From a virus: a stretch of 64,000 nt of DNA. A model generated the notes under the pieces. The model did not search any database. It had not been told where the DNA came from and worked only from the letters and a program-made list of their open reading frames with translations. Made by a program: the position numbers and the translations under genes. Shown piece by piece: positions 49,328 to 58,430 of this stretch (the stretch's first letter is position 1; every line of letters starts with the position of its first letter). The DNA lies in the IMG/VR virus record IMGVR_UViG_3300035696_001556, positions 96,001 to 160,000 of that record; one strand, given 5' to 3'.

Positions 49328-51911
49328 AGATTTTTCACTGATAACGCCACAACTTGATCCCTTCGTAAAATCCGATGTAAAACATATCTTCGAGGAGATG
49401 CCGTGGATGAAGGGTAAGAGTATCATTCTATTGCACAAGAAATTGGATATTGAAAACTACATAAACAAACTTATAAAACAAGGGATCGCTGCGTGTGACG
49501 TTGAAACCACCGGTCTGAATACTCGATTAAGTCCAGAAGGCATGCCATATGCTACCCTTGTAGGGTTGTGTTTAGCGGCCAGCAAGGATGATGGAGTCTA
49601 TATCCCCATAGCCCATAAGAAGGGCGAAAAGTTGGATTCTGAATTAAATGTCCCTCTTGATTTTATACTGGGAGAACTTAAACGTCTTGCTGCAAACTGT
49701 GTCCTTATATTTCATAACGTTAAATATGACGGTGCCGTGCTCAGAAATTACGGTATTTATATAGGTGGGGAATCCTGCGACGAGACAATGTACGAAGACA
49801 CTCTTATTATGGCAGTAATCCAGGATGCTTCAAGAAAGGATAACAGATTAAAACACCTTGCAAAAGTCTTACTACAGAGAGAAATGCTGGAAATAAAAGG
49901 GCTCGGTGTTACCGTTTCAAGTGATGACATTGTAGCGTTTGATGAGGTCCCTCCGGAAAAAGCAGTTTATTATGGAGCTGCAGACGCTATGAATACTTTT
50001 TATTTGTATGAATATTTCAAGGCGCTCATAGATAAACAGGATCCAGATAAAAGGCAAGGGCCATGGGGTATTTATAAGATAGAGAAAAAGTGTATGTTTG
50101 TTACGATGGAGATGGAACGAAATTATGTACGTTTGGATATAGATTATTTAAAGAAAGTAAAAGAAGACCTTGAAGCAAGGAGTGCCGAGTGTGTACGCAA
50201 AGTGTGGGATGCTGCAGGACGACAGTTTGATGTGGCAAGCCCTAAACAGCTGGGTACTGTTTTATTCGATGAGCTGAAAATACCGTATCCGATAAAAGAG
50301 AAAACCAAAACAGAAGGTTATGTAACATCTGAGTTCGTCCTTGGAAAAATAGCGGATAAGCACCCAATAGTTAATCGTATCCTCGATTATAGAGGATATC
50401 AGAAAAGCCTGACTACTTACATAGACAATCTTCTACTCAATGCAGATGAGAATAATGAAGTTAAATTTGAATTAAATCAGACGAGGGCAGATACTGGAAG
50501 GTACTCAGCCACTGGAGGGCAGGGGTTAAAAAAGGATGGATATTGCGGGGTAGAGTGCCAAAATCTTCCAAGAACCAATAAAAAAGACCCTAAAGCGGTA
50601 GATATCAGAAAAGCTCTGATAGCCCGTCCAGGATTTAAAATAGTAACTCTTGACTACAGTGGTGAGGAACTTCGTGTAGCTGCTAACTTTTCTAAGGAAG
50701 AAAAGTGGATAAATGAGTTTCTACACGGGACTGGAGACTTGCATACTATCACGACACAGATTATATTTAATAAAACCGAAGTCTCTAAAGATGAAAGAAA
50801 TTTGGGAAAAACCTTGAACTTCACCGTTTTGTACGGGGGAGGCCCTGGGACCTTCGCAGGAAGAGCTAATATACCTTTCGATCAAGCCAAGAAATTCATC
50901 TATAATTTCTTCAAGCAGTATACAGGCATTGAGAGGTGGGTCAAATATGAGGCGAAAATATCTAGGAAAAGAGGTTATGCCAAGACTGCTTTAGGCCGAA
51001 GAAGACCCTTGACTGACTTCTACAATTCCCCAGAAAAAGAAGTCCAGAAAAAAGGTGACCGTTGTGCGGTCAACACGGCAATCCAAGGATCAAGCGCTGA
51101 CATAATAAAGATAGCTCTACATAGGGTTTCAAAGTGGATACGAGAGCAAGGACTACAAGACAAGATAAGAATGCTAATACCTATCCACGATGAAATAGTA
51201 TATGAAATAAAAAATGATGGCTCGGAAGAAGAGACAGCAGCTTTCGGGCATTACATCGAAGAAATAGCCAAAATAATGATCATAGATGACATCCCTACCA
51301 AGCTAGGCTGGCCTGTTCATCTGGCAGTCGACGCAGAATACGGAGATTCTTTCTCCATTGATCATGATTATTTCAAAGAAAAAGAAGCGGCTAAAAAAAA
51401 CATGGCCGCTGTCCCTGTTTCTAAAAACGATTCAACCAAGGAGGTTCAGCAGCCGAAACAAGAGACCCCAGTTACTTACGCAGAAAATTCAAATGATGTT
51501 AGTGTTGTGACGATACAGCATTCTTCAGTGCAGAACAAGGGATATCAATTCGAGGCAAAGATACGTAGTCAGATTTTAGGAGAAGATGACTTACGTTTAG
51601 CAAAAGAGATTTTATTAAAAAGGGTCCAGGAAGAAGCCAGAGAGATAGATAAAGAGGTTTCTGACAACCCAACTTTGAAAACTTTGATAGATGAAAAAAA
51701 TTACCTCACTTGGACGATATCCAACTTCGACACTGTCGTAGCCAAGCAGATAGCCGTCATTATTGGTATCCTCGAGAATTTTACGGACATGTACTCGGGG
51801 CCTAAATGTCACATAAAACTGACAAGTAAAGATGGTGAAGTCTTGTACACAAGCCCAAACAAGGTCTCTGCAGATGCCTTTGTATCTCTATGCTTATGGC
51901 TTAACATTTAA
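49320..51911 (+). CDS. polA: Family A DNA polymerase with 3'-5' exonuclease
   Basis: ExoI DVETTG, ExoII HNVKYD, ExoIII YGAADA; TGRYS; motif A DYSGEELR; motif B RNLGKTLNFTVLYG; motif C IHDEIV. No 5'-3' exonuclease domain. Confidence 0.95.
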   Translation: MAEDFSLITPQLDPFVKSDVKHIFEEMPWMKGKSIILLHKKLDIENYINKLIKQGIAACDVETTGLNTRLSPEGMPYATLVGLCLAASKDDGVYIPIAHKKGEKLDSELNVPLDFILGELKRLAANCVLIFHNVKYDGAVLRNYGIYIGGESCDETMYEDTLIMAVIQDASRKDNRLKHLAKVLLQREMLEIKGLGVTVSSDDIVAFDEVPPEKAVYYGAADAMNTFYLYEYFKALIDKQDPDKRQGPWGIYKIEKKCMFVTMEMERNYVRLDIDYLKKVKEDLEARSAECVRKVWDAAGRQFDVASPKQLGTVLFDELKIPYPIKEKTKTEGYVTSEFVLGKIADKHPIVNRILDYRGYQKSLTTYIDNLLLNADENNEVKFELNQTRADTGRYSATGGQGLKKDGYCGVECQNLPRTNKKDPKAVDIRKALIARPGFKIVTLDYSGEELRVAANFSKEEKWINEFLHGTGDLHTITTQIIFNKTEVSKDERNLGKTLNFTVLYGGGPGTFAGRANIPFDQAKKFIYNFFKQYTGIERWVKYEAKISRKRGYAKTALGRRRPLTDFYNSPEKEVQKKGDRCAVNTAIQGSSADIIKIALHRVSKWIREQGLQDKIRMLIPIHDEIVYEIKNDGSEEETAAFGHYIEEIAKIMIIDDIPTKLGWPVHLAVDAEYGDSFSIDHDYFKEKEAAKKNMAAVPVSKNDSTKEVQQPKQETPVTYAENSNDVSVVTIQHSSVQNKGYQFEAKIRSQILGEDDLRLAKEILLKRVQEEAREIDKEVSDNPTLKTLIDEKNYLTWTISNFDTVVAKQIAVIIGILENFTDMYSGPKCHIKLTSKDGEVLYTSPNKVSADAFVSLCLWLNI

Positions 51912-51928
51912 AGCCTGGAGGTCCTTTT

Positions 51929-52681
51929 ATGGTCGTTGTGAAAACGGTCGAAGAATTCCAGAGAGAGAATGAAAACGAGTTAAAATCTTTTCTCTCTCAC
52001 AAGACGGGTATAATAGATCAAGAAATTATCAACGATACTATTCAAGATTTTTATCTCCGTCTCATGCAAACGAAAGCTCTGGAGGGTTTTGATGAAACCA
52101 GAGCGCCAACAGACGAGCAGAACATGCTGAATTACGAGCGTTGGGTCTGCAATAATTTCTGTTGGTTCCTGCCCCTTATGCGTAAAAAGAATTACACGCA
52201 AGTACTTAAGCTCAAGGTCCTTTCTGAGAAAGAGCGTAGAAAAAGAGAAGATTATATTCGGAAGTACGGGGAAGAATTCATAGATGAAGAAGATCCAAGT
52301 TATGAGACTTTAAGATTTTATTCGGAGATATCCGTAAAAAAGCCTCAGTCAACGGAATCGGTCAGCATTTATGATGTCGTGAATCCAGCTTCCAAGAATA
52401 ATCCGTATAAAATAAATCCGGATTATGACGCTTCTATTGTTGAGCAGGACGATGAAGATGTCCTTGTTAAAAGTTTGAATGCTTTTTTCAGGCATGTACA
52501 AAAAGTCCTACCCGAAAAGAAAGCTCGACAGATCATCCTCTATATGAAATACCGTAAAGAGGGTTTGAACAATGTTGACATAGCTATAATTTTGGGTGTG
52601 TCGAATAACATGGTCAAGTTCATAAAACGTGACGCTCGTGCGATGTACAAAAAATGGACCAAGGAACTAGTGATAGCCTGA
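51929..52681 (+). CDS. ECF-like sigma factor / sigma70 region 2 + region 4 HTH protein
   Basis: DTIQDFYLRL...FD...YERW (region 2-like); EGLNNVDIAIILGVSNNMVK (region 4 HTH); SD GGAGG. Confidence 0.7.
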   Translation: MVVVKTVEEFQRENENELKSFLSHKTGIIDQEIINDTIQDFYLRLMQTKALEGFDETRAPTDEQNMLNYERWVCNNFCWFLPLMRKKNYTQVLKLKVLSEKERRKREDYIRKYGEEFIDEEDPSYETLRFYSEISVKKPQSTESVSIYDVVNPASKNNPYKINPDYDASIVEQDDEDVLVKSLNAFFRHVQKVLPEKKARQIILYMKYRKEGLNNVDIAIILGVSNNMVKFIKRDARAMYKKWTKELVIA

Positions 52682-52860
52682 ACAAAGTTTCCTATGCTGA
52701 AGTCGTTGAAGAAGTAAAAAGATTGCAGGGTCTCCTTTTAATGTATAAAAATGGAGACCCCCTTTTACCTTCAGATTTTAACTACAGGAACACGCTGTTC
52801 GCTTTAAGGCACTACAAGCTCAAACTGTCGTGCTGGAAAAAATCAGAAAGGAATTCTTAA
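52654..52860 (+). CDS. Small hypothetical protein
   Basis: Fills the gap; its TAA overlaps the next ATG (TAATG). Confidence 0.5.
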   Translation: MDQGTSDSLNKVSYAEVVEEVKRLQGLLLMYKNGDPLLPSDFNYRNTLFALRHYKLKLSCWKKSERNS

Positions 52861-54176
52861 TGAAAGATAAAGAAAGAGATATAAATGTTAGATTAGAGGG
52901 AGCCCAAGAAGACATTGACATCACTATAGAAGGTGTCCTTGCAGGTTCTATAAAAGAAGCATATCCTATACCGGATCATGAACCAGAATATTTGGATCAA
53001 CCACCGAGCACGCATCTCACTGCTAAAAAGGATAAGCTCGAGATAAATCTTATTGACAACACAAAAAAAGAAGAAGTCAAAAAAGATCCAAAGACCATGG
53101 CTGAAGATGCCATATCCCTTGCCGGTAGACTGGAAACCTGGAATGGATCGTGCAGGGACCTTTTTCTTGATTTAAGGACGATTACTTTTACAGCAACGGA
53201 TGAAGATATGTTCATAGAATGCAATGACAAGGATTATTATCCAAAACCCCTTTATTTCAAAACTGATCCACAGAAACCTAAGGATCCGAAGACAGTGCAG
53301 GCACAAAAGCAATTTTGCAAACAGATAGGGATCCCTCATAGTTTTTTCATGAATAACCGGCCACAGCTTAAGATGGATATAGTTAAAACATGGCAAGCTG
53401 GACTTGGAGCAGACAAGGATAAAGGTCGAGGGATAGTCCGATTCAGGGAGTCGCCAGATTACTGCGTACTACGTGCAATCGTACCGGAGACCTATGCCCT
53501 CATACAGAACTATGAGATTATCAGAACAATAAACGACACTTTTATAAAAGTAGATGGTTTCAGAACAATAAACGACACTTTTATAAAAGTAGATGGTTCT
53601 AACCCCAATGTCTTGGAATTCGCCTATGGAGACGAAAGGGATGATCTTACTCTACATGCCCGATATCTGTCAGGCCAGAAGTTCCAGATTTTAGATTCGG
53701 ATGTTTGTGTAGGGTTCTCGGTTATAGCATCTGAACTAGGAGCCAGCCCACTTATCGTTGAGGCTTTGTTACACCATATCCAAAGCAGGACAGCGTTCAT
53801 AGCTTCTTATGGTGCCGAGTCTTTTTTAACGGCTAAATATGAAGGCATACAGCCTCAAGAGATCAAAGAGCTCTTCCCTAAACTTATAGAGCGTATTACC
53901 CAGGAAATTCCTGAAATGAAGGCCCGTATAGAAAATTTGAGGGGCACGATAGATCCAGAAGAAACCTGTGAAATAATAGCTTCTTGGAAAGGTTTACCTT
54001 CAAAGTTTCAAAGAGCTCTCTTCCATGAAGTAAGTACCTGTCCTGATGATATGAAGACTATGTGGGATTTTGCAAGGCACATGTCTTTAATAGCCAAAGA
54101 TTTTGATTCTTTAAAGAGACTTCAGATAGAGCGAGCGGCAGGTCAATACCTTAATTTGATGTTTAGTAAACAATAG
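52860..54176 (+). CDS. DUF932-like phage protein
   Basis: AQKQFCKQIGIPHSFF...LRAIV..Y..I.N...GFSVIASELG..PL.VE pattern. ATG 52860 is more likely than GTG 52830. Confidence 0.55.
   Translation: MKDKERDINVRLEGAQEDIDITIEGVLAGSIKEAYPIPDHEPEYLDQPPSTHLTAKKDKLEINLIDNTKKEEVKKDPKTMAEDAISLAGRLETWNGSCRDLFLDLRTITFTATDEDMFIECNDKDYYPKPLYFKTDPQKPKDPKTVQAQKQFCKQIGIPHSFFMNNRPQLKMDIVKTWQAGLGADKDKGRGIVRFRESPDYCVLRAIVPETYALIQNYEIIRTINDTFIKVDGFRTINDTFIKVDGSNPNVLEFAYGDERDDLTLHARYLSGQKFQILDSDVCVGFSVIASELGASPLIVEALLHHIQSRTAFIASYGAESFLTAKYEGIQPQEIKELFPKLIERITQEIPEMKARIENLRGTIDPEETCEIIASWKGLPSKFQRALFHEVSTCPDDMKTMWDFARHMSLIAKDFDSLKRLQIERAAGQYLNLMFSKQ
53521..53598 (+). repeat. Perfect 39-bp tandem duplication (in frame)
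   Basis: TCAGAACAATAAACGACACTTTTATAAAAGTAGATGGTT occurs twice (53521-53559, 53560-53598). Confidence 0.97.
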
Positions 54177-54185
54177 GAGGATTAT

Positions 54186-54566
54186 ATGCTTAAGAAAACT
54201 TCAAAGCTCACGAGAACATACTTAAGCAGCGATGTTTTTGTCGACAGAGATATAACATGGGAAGAACTTAATAGAGCAATGTCACAATTAGGTTCAGGCC
54301 GATCAGACCCTGAAAAGTCATCAATTGCCTTAAAAGATTCGAAAGGAAAAGTACAGATATTCAAACCAGGATCAATGAAGAATTTTATGAAATTTCTTCA
54401 TGCAGCTTGGTGCGAGATGCCGTCTAAAAAGGAGACAAAAGAAAGAGAAACAAAAATAAGAATTGGGACAGTTTATGCTTATAAAGGATCGAGACAGCTT
54501 GAAGGTAAGCCATATGATGATGAAAACTGGACTATAGAAATACATACACGAGTTCCAAAATTTTAA
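54186..54566 (+). CDS. Hypothetical protein
   Basis: Strong SD AGGAGG; 126 aa. Confidence 0.7.
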   Translation: MLKKTSKLTRTYLSSDVFVDRDITWEELNRAMSQLGSGRSDPEKSSIALKDSKGKVQIFKPGSMKNFMKFLHAAWCEMPSKKETKERETKIRIGTVYAYKGSRQLEGKPYDDENWTIEIHTRVPKF

Positions 54567-54616
54567 GTGGGATTATTGAAAAATGTTAACAAACAGAAAA
54601 ATTGAAAGGAATAGCT

Positions 54617-55267
54617 ATGGATGGAACTGCACAATTCAGATGTAGCTGTGGTAAAGAATATGTCTTTGAAGTCACTTCTCAAACTATGCAAGAAAAACTG
54701 GATGAAGATTACAGCCTCAAAGCCACGACGGAAGTAAAAATTGAAAAAGGAAATGAAGCTAAAAAACAATCTAAAAAAAGAGTTTTAGATTTGTTAAATA
54801 AAGCTCTGGGCAGTATTAATCATCCTGAGAAACGAGAAGAGTCTCAAGATTTAGTAGAGATGGCCATGATGGAAATGGAGTCTTTATATAGAGAGGATCC
54901 AGATCAGACAAACTCTACGAAAAATAAAAAAGAAGTAGATGACTGTCTTAACTGTAGAGATTTCGGTAAAGGACCTATAGAACTCTGCGGAGAGTGCGGT
55001 CCCTATCATCATTTTCGTTTTTGGTCTCCAAAAGTAAATGATAAAAAGGAGTGCGAAGACGGAATGAAATATCTACTTCAAGATTTGAGTGATTTGCTCC
55101 TTGATGAAGTTTCGAATATTACAGCTGAAATTGTAGAATACAGCTTAGAAACTCTTAACAGGATAAGAGATAAATTAATTGCATTTAGAAAGTTGGCCAA
55201 AGATAATAAGTACAAATATGACGAAGCTATAGACAGATTTATTGAGACTAAAATGTGGGAGCGTTAA
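54617..55267 (+). CDS. Hypothetical Cys-motif protein
   Basis: SD AAGGA before ATG 54617; CSCG and CLNC...CGEC motifs. Confidence 0.6.
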   Translation: MDGTAQFRCSCGKEYVFEVTSQTMQEKLDEDYSLKATTEVKIEKGNEAKKQSKKRVLDLLNKALGSINHPEKREESQDLVEMAMMEMESLYREDPDQTNSTKNKKEVDDCLNCRDFGKGPIELCGECGPYHHFRFWSPKVNDKKECEDGMKYLLQDLSDLLLDEVSNITAEIVEYSLETLNRIRDKLIAFRKLAKDNKYKYDEAIDRFIETKMWER

Positions 55268-55268
55268 A

Positions 55269-55784
55269 ATGACTGAGGACAAAAAAGTTCTGCCGTTGGA
55301 TCAGGTACTGGATAATAATAATTTTATGCTACTTGTCCACGAGGTGATTAAGACAAGAGAAGCTTTGCCTGATGGTAGATCTTTTTCATATAAGGAAGTC
55401 AAGTTTCCTTTCAATGGTAAGGTCATCTATGTGATGGGAAGGCACGTCCCTTTAGAGAGCGTATACTCCCACGGTAAAAGTAATTGCAAGACATGTTCCG
55501 GTAAGGGTTACTATTTTACTAATTTAAGTAAGAAACAGTTTCCTGATCCGAGCGCCTTTCTTGTTCAGGAAGATGCGCTTCCGAAAGATCTTACTCCCAT
55601 TGAACAGGAAAAATGGAAAAAGGAAGAAGAAGCAAAGCCAACTTGGAGAGTACTAACGATCTGTATGTGTGCGGTGAAAGATGCCCATAGAAAAAATGCC
55701 CACCTGCTGAGCAACGAAAACCACAACATCTGGATGACTTTGGATTATGAAATAAAAGATCTTGAACCAGAGCCTTCAAAATAG
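55269..55784 (+). CDS. Hypothetical Zn-finger protein
   Basis: CKTCSGKG...CMC; ATG 55269 directly follows the upstream stop. Confidence 0.65.
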   Translation: MTEDKKVLPLDQVLDNNNFMLLVHEVIKTREALPDGRSFSYKEVKFPFNGKVIYVMGRHVPLESVYSHGKSNCKTCSGKGYYFTNLSKKQFPDPSAFLVQEDALPKDLTPIEQEKWKKEEEAKPTWRVLTICMCAVKDAHRKNAHLLSNENHNIWMTLDYEIKDLEPEPSK

Positions 55785-55790
55785 TATATT
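55762..55790 (+). promoter_or_regulatory. Sigma70-like promoter TTGAAC-N17-TATATT for NADAR-ligase
   Basis: -35 at 55762-67 and -10 at 55785-90 with a 17-nt spacer; SD GAGGAG follows. Confidence 0.55.
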
Positions 55791-55810
55791 AAGTACAGAG
55801 GAGATAGATT

Positions 55811-56290
55811 ATGGAAGAAAAGTTCACCTTCTTTTGGTCGGGCGTTTTCAGTCAATGGCACCCCAGTTTATTTCAAATAGATGGAGTATACTACAATACA
55901 GCGGAACAGTTTATGATGGCAGAGAAAGCCCGTCTATTTGGAGATCTAGAAACCTTAGCTAAAATTATGTCTGCAGCAGATCCCCGAGAACAAAAAGCTT
56001 ATGGCCGAGAAGTCAAAGGATTTATCAAAGAAAAGTGGGACGCTATAGCAAGAGATGTTGTTCTCAGAGGCAGCATAGCCAAGTACGAACAAAATCCAAA
56101 TCTGTTGAAAGAGTTAATGGCCACAGAAGGAACGACTCTTGTTGAGGCAAGTCCGGAAGATAGAATATGGGGGATAGGGCTTCGAAAGAATGACTCAAGG
56201 GCTAAATCACGGGATACATGGCTCGGGACTAACTGGCTTGGACAGTGCCTAACAGAAGCCAGAGAGATACTAAAAAAGAAAGCAAACTAA
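55811..56290 (+). CDS. NADAR (YbiA/DUF1768) family hydrolase
   Basis: FSQWHPS.F...AEQFMMAEKARLFGD...K.YGREVKGF...W...LVEASPEDRIWGIG...GTNWLG..L. Confidence 0.95.
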   Translation: MEEKFTFFWSGVFSQWHPSLFQIDGVYYNTAEQFMMAEKARLFGDLETLAKIMSAADPREQKAYGREVKGFIKEKWDAIARDVVLRGSIAKYEQNPNLLKELMATEGTTLVEASPEDRIWGIGLRKNDSRAKSRDTWLGTNWLGQCLTEAREILKKKAN

Positions 56291-56300
56291 AGGAACATTT

Positions 56301-58346
56301 ATGGCTATCTCCGCATCTTTAAGAGAGAAAATCGAAAAGCTTAAAGCTTGCGATGAAGGCTATTATAGTGGTAAGGGTGAGTCAGACCTGACAGATGAAC
56401 AGTACGATCTCCTTAAAGATTATGTCATCCGTGAACTCCCGCCCGATAGCCCCGAATTAAAAGAACTACTGGCAAAAGTCGGGCATAAAGTAAGCACTGG
56501 ATGGAAAAAAGAGCGCCATGTAATAGCCATGGGCTCACAGAACAAGGTTAGCAATATCCCAGCCATAGAAGCATGGTATAAAGATGCCCTGGCTAAACTT
56601 AACTTGAAGAGTCCTCCTGCTTTCGTCCTGCAACATAAAGTCGACGGATTCTCGTTGGAAACTGCATACGAGCAGGGAAAACTCACCAAAGGCGTCACAC
56701 GAGGAGACGGTGTAACGGGGCAGAACATTACGCCTAATGTCAAGAAATTCCGGTTCGTGCCTAATCTTTTGTCCGTTAAAAAGAATGTGATCGTAAGGGG
56801 AGAAGGCCATTTTTCAAAAGGAGGCTTCCAGAAAATACAACCTTTTGTGACGCAAGAAAGAGGAAAGCCGTATAAAAATGCCCGTAATGCTGCTTCTGGG
56901 GTTAGTACAAGATTTGACGGAAAATATTGTGAGTATATACAGGTACTTGCATATGATGTTAACGCAAATGTGAAAACCGAAACTGAAAAAATAGATATTA
57001 TAAAGAAACTTGGTTTTAAACCGGTCCAAACCTATCCTTGCAAAGATTTGAAAGAAATCCTTAAAATCTATCAAGATTACAAAGATGGTCTGCGTGAAAA
57101 ACTTGACTATGAAATTGATGGATTAGTTTTGAAGTTGAATAGTATCGAACTTCAGGAAAGAATGGGAACGACCCATAGTAGACCTGACGGCCAGATCGCC
57201 CTCAAGTTTAATTCGGATCAAGCTGTCACCACCCTCAAAGATATAGTGATCCGAGTTGGAAGAACTGGCAAATTGACTCCTGTAGGTATCCTCGAACCTG
57301 TCGATTTGATGGGGTCTACGATAACCAGAGCAAGCCTTCATAATTTTGCTTATATCGAAGCGAACTTCCTCAGCCCTGGCGCTGAAGTGGTAATCGAAAA
57401 GAAAGGTGATATCATCCCTCAGGTCGTAGATATAATGACTCCAGGAAAAGGATACACCAAGCCTACCAAGTGCCCTTCCTGTGGTGGTCCTCTCATCTGG
57501 GACGATGTTAATCTATGGTGTGAGAACGACAACTGCCGTGATCGGGAAGTAAGCCGTATCCTCTATTGGGTGCAGAGTATCGACATGAAAGGTTTTTCAA
57601 GAAGTTTTGTAGAAAAGTTGTGGGATAAAGGCAAGATCAAAAAAGTTTCGGATCTGTATACTTTGAGTCCGGACGACCTAGCCGTAATAGATGGATTAGG
57701 CGCTAAAACAATTAAATCATTCTTCGAAGTCCTAGACAGTACGAAGGAGATGTACTTGGAGCAGTTTATTACCGCTTTGGGTATCCCAGGGGCATCTAAG
57801 GGGACAGCAGAAGATCTAGTCAAAAATTTCAAGGATTGGGAGTCCATTCTTAAAGTTAAACCGGATGACATGCTCAAGATACCTGGATATGCCAAGATTT
57901 CTTCAGAAACGGTATGCTCAGGAATCGCCGAAATTAAAGATATGGCAGCAGAGCTTCTGAAGGTGATAAAGATCAAGGCCAAGAAGAAAGGATCGCTTAC
58001 AGGGCTATCCTTATGCGTTACAGGGTCTATGGAGAGTATGTCCCGCAAGGAGTTCGAGAACTTGGTAGTGGCCGAAGGAGGATCGTTTAAATCGAGCATC
58101 TCAGTGGGGCTGAACTATCTGGTCACCAACACCCCTGACTCAGGGTCTGACAAGAATTCAAAGGTGTTATACCTGAACAAGAAAATGGATCAGGATGGGA
58201 CCCCAGGAAAGAAGATTAAGATTATTACAGAAAAAGAATTTTTGAAATTAGCCAACATAGAGCCTAAGAAGGCAGATTCAAATAAATCCTCAAAAGCAGA
58301 CTCCCCCGATATCGAGTTGGAATTCGAGCCCCTTTTTAAGCAATAA
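56301..58346 (+). CDS. ligA: NAD+-dependent DNA ligase
   Basis: KVDG adenylation motif, TRGDG, RGE, NARNAASG, IDGLVLK, VGRTG, ASLHN, GDIIP, C4 Zn finger, HhH repeats, C-terminal BRCT. Confidence 0.96.
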   Translation: MAISASLREKIEKLKACDEGYYSGKGESDLTDEQYDLLKDYVIRELPPDSPELKELLAKVGHKVSTGWKKERHVIAMGSQNKVSNIPAIEAWYKDALAKLNLKSPPAFVLQHKVDGFSLETAYEQGKLTKGVTRGDGVTGQNITPNVKKFRFVPNLLSVKKNVIVRGEGHFSKGGFQKIQPFVTQERGKPYKNARNAASGVSTRFDGKYCEYIQVLAYDVNANVKTETEKIDIIKKLGFKPVQTYPCKDLKEILKIYQDYKDGLREKLDYEIDGLVLKLNSIELQERMGTTHSRPDGQIALKFNSDQAVTTLKDIVIRVGRTGKLTPVGILEPVDLMGSTITRASLHNFAYIEANFLSPGAEVVIEKKGDIIPQVVDIMTPGKGYTKPTKCPSCGGPLIWDDVNLWCENDNCRDREVSRILYWVQSIDMKGFSRSFVEKLWDKGKIKKVSDLYTLSPDDLAVIDGLGAKTIKSFFEVLDSTKEMYLEQFITALGIPGASKGTAEDLVKNFKDWESILKVKPDDMLKIPGYAKISSETVCSGIAEIKDMAAELLKVIKIKAKKKGSLTGLSLCVTGSMESMSRKEFENLVVAEGGSFKSSISVGLNYLVTNTPDSGSDKNSKVLYLNKKMDQDGTPGKKIKIITEKEFLKLANIEPKKADSNKSSKADSPDIELEFEPLFKQ

Positions 58347-58373
58347 AAATCTGTTCGTTCTCCCCCTAATTAT

Positions 58374-58381
58374 CTATTAAT
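58374..58381 (+). promoter_or_regulatory. Putative late-promoter motif CTATTAAT
   Basis: Exact motif copy before the isolated fibre-like gene. Confidence 0.5.
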
Positions 58382-58430
58382 AAAAAATGTTAAGAGATAG
58401 AATACCATTTAATTGTTAGGAGAATAACAG

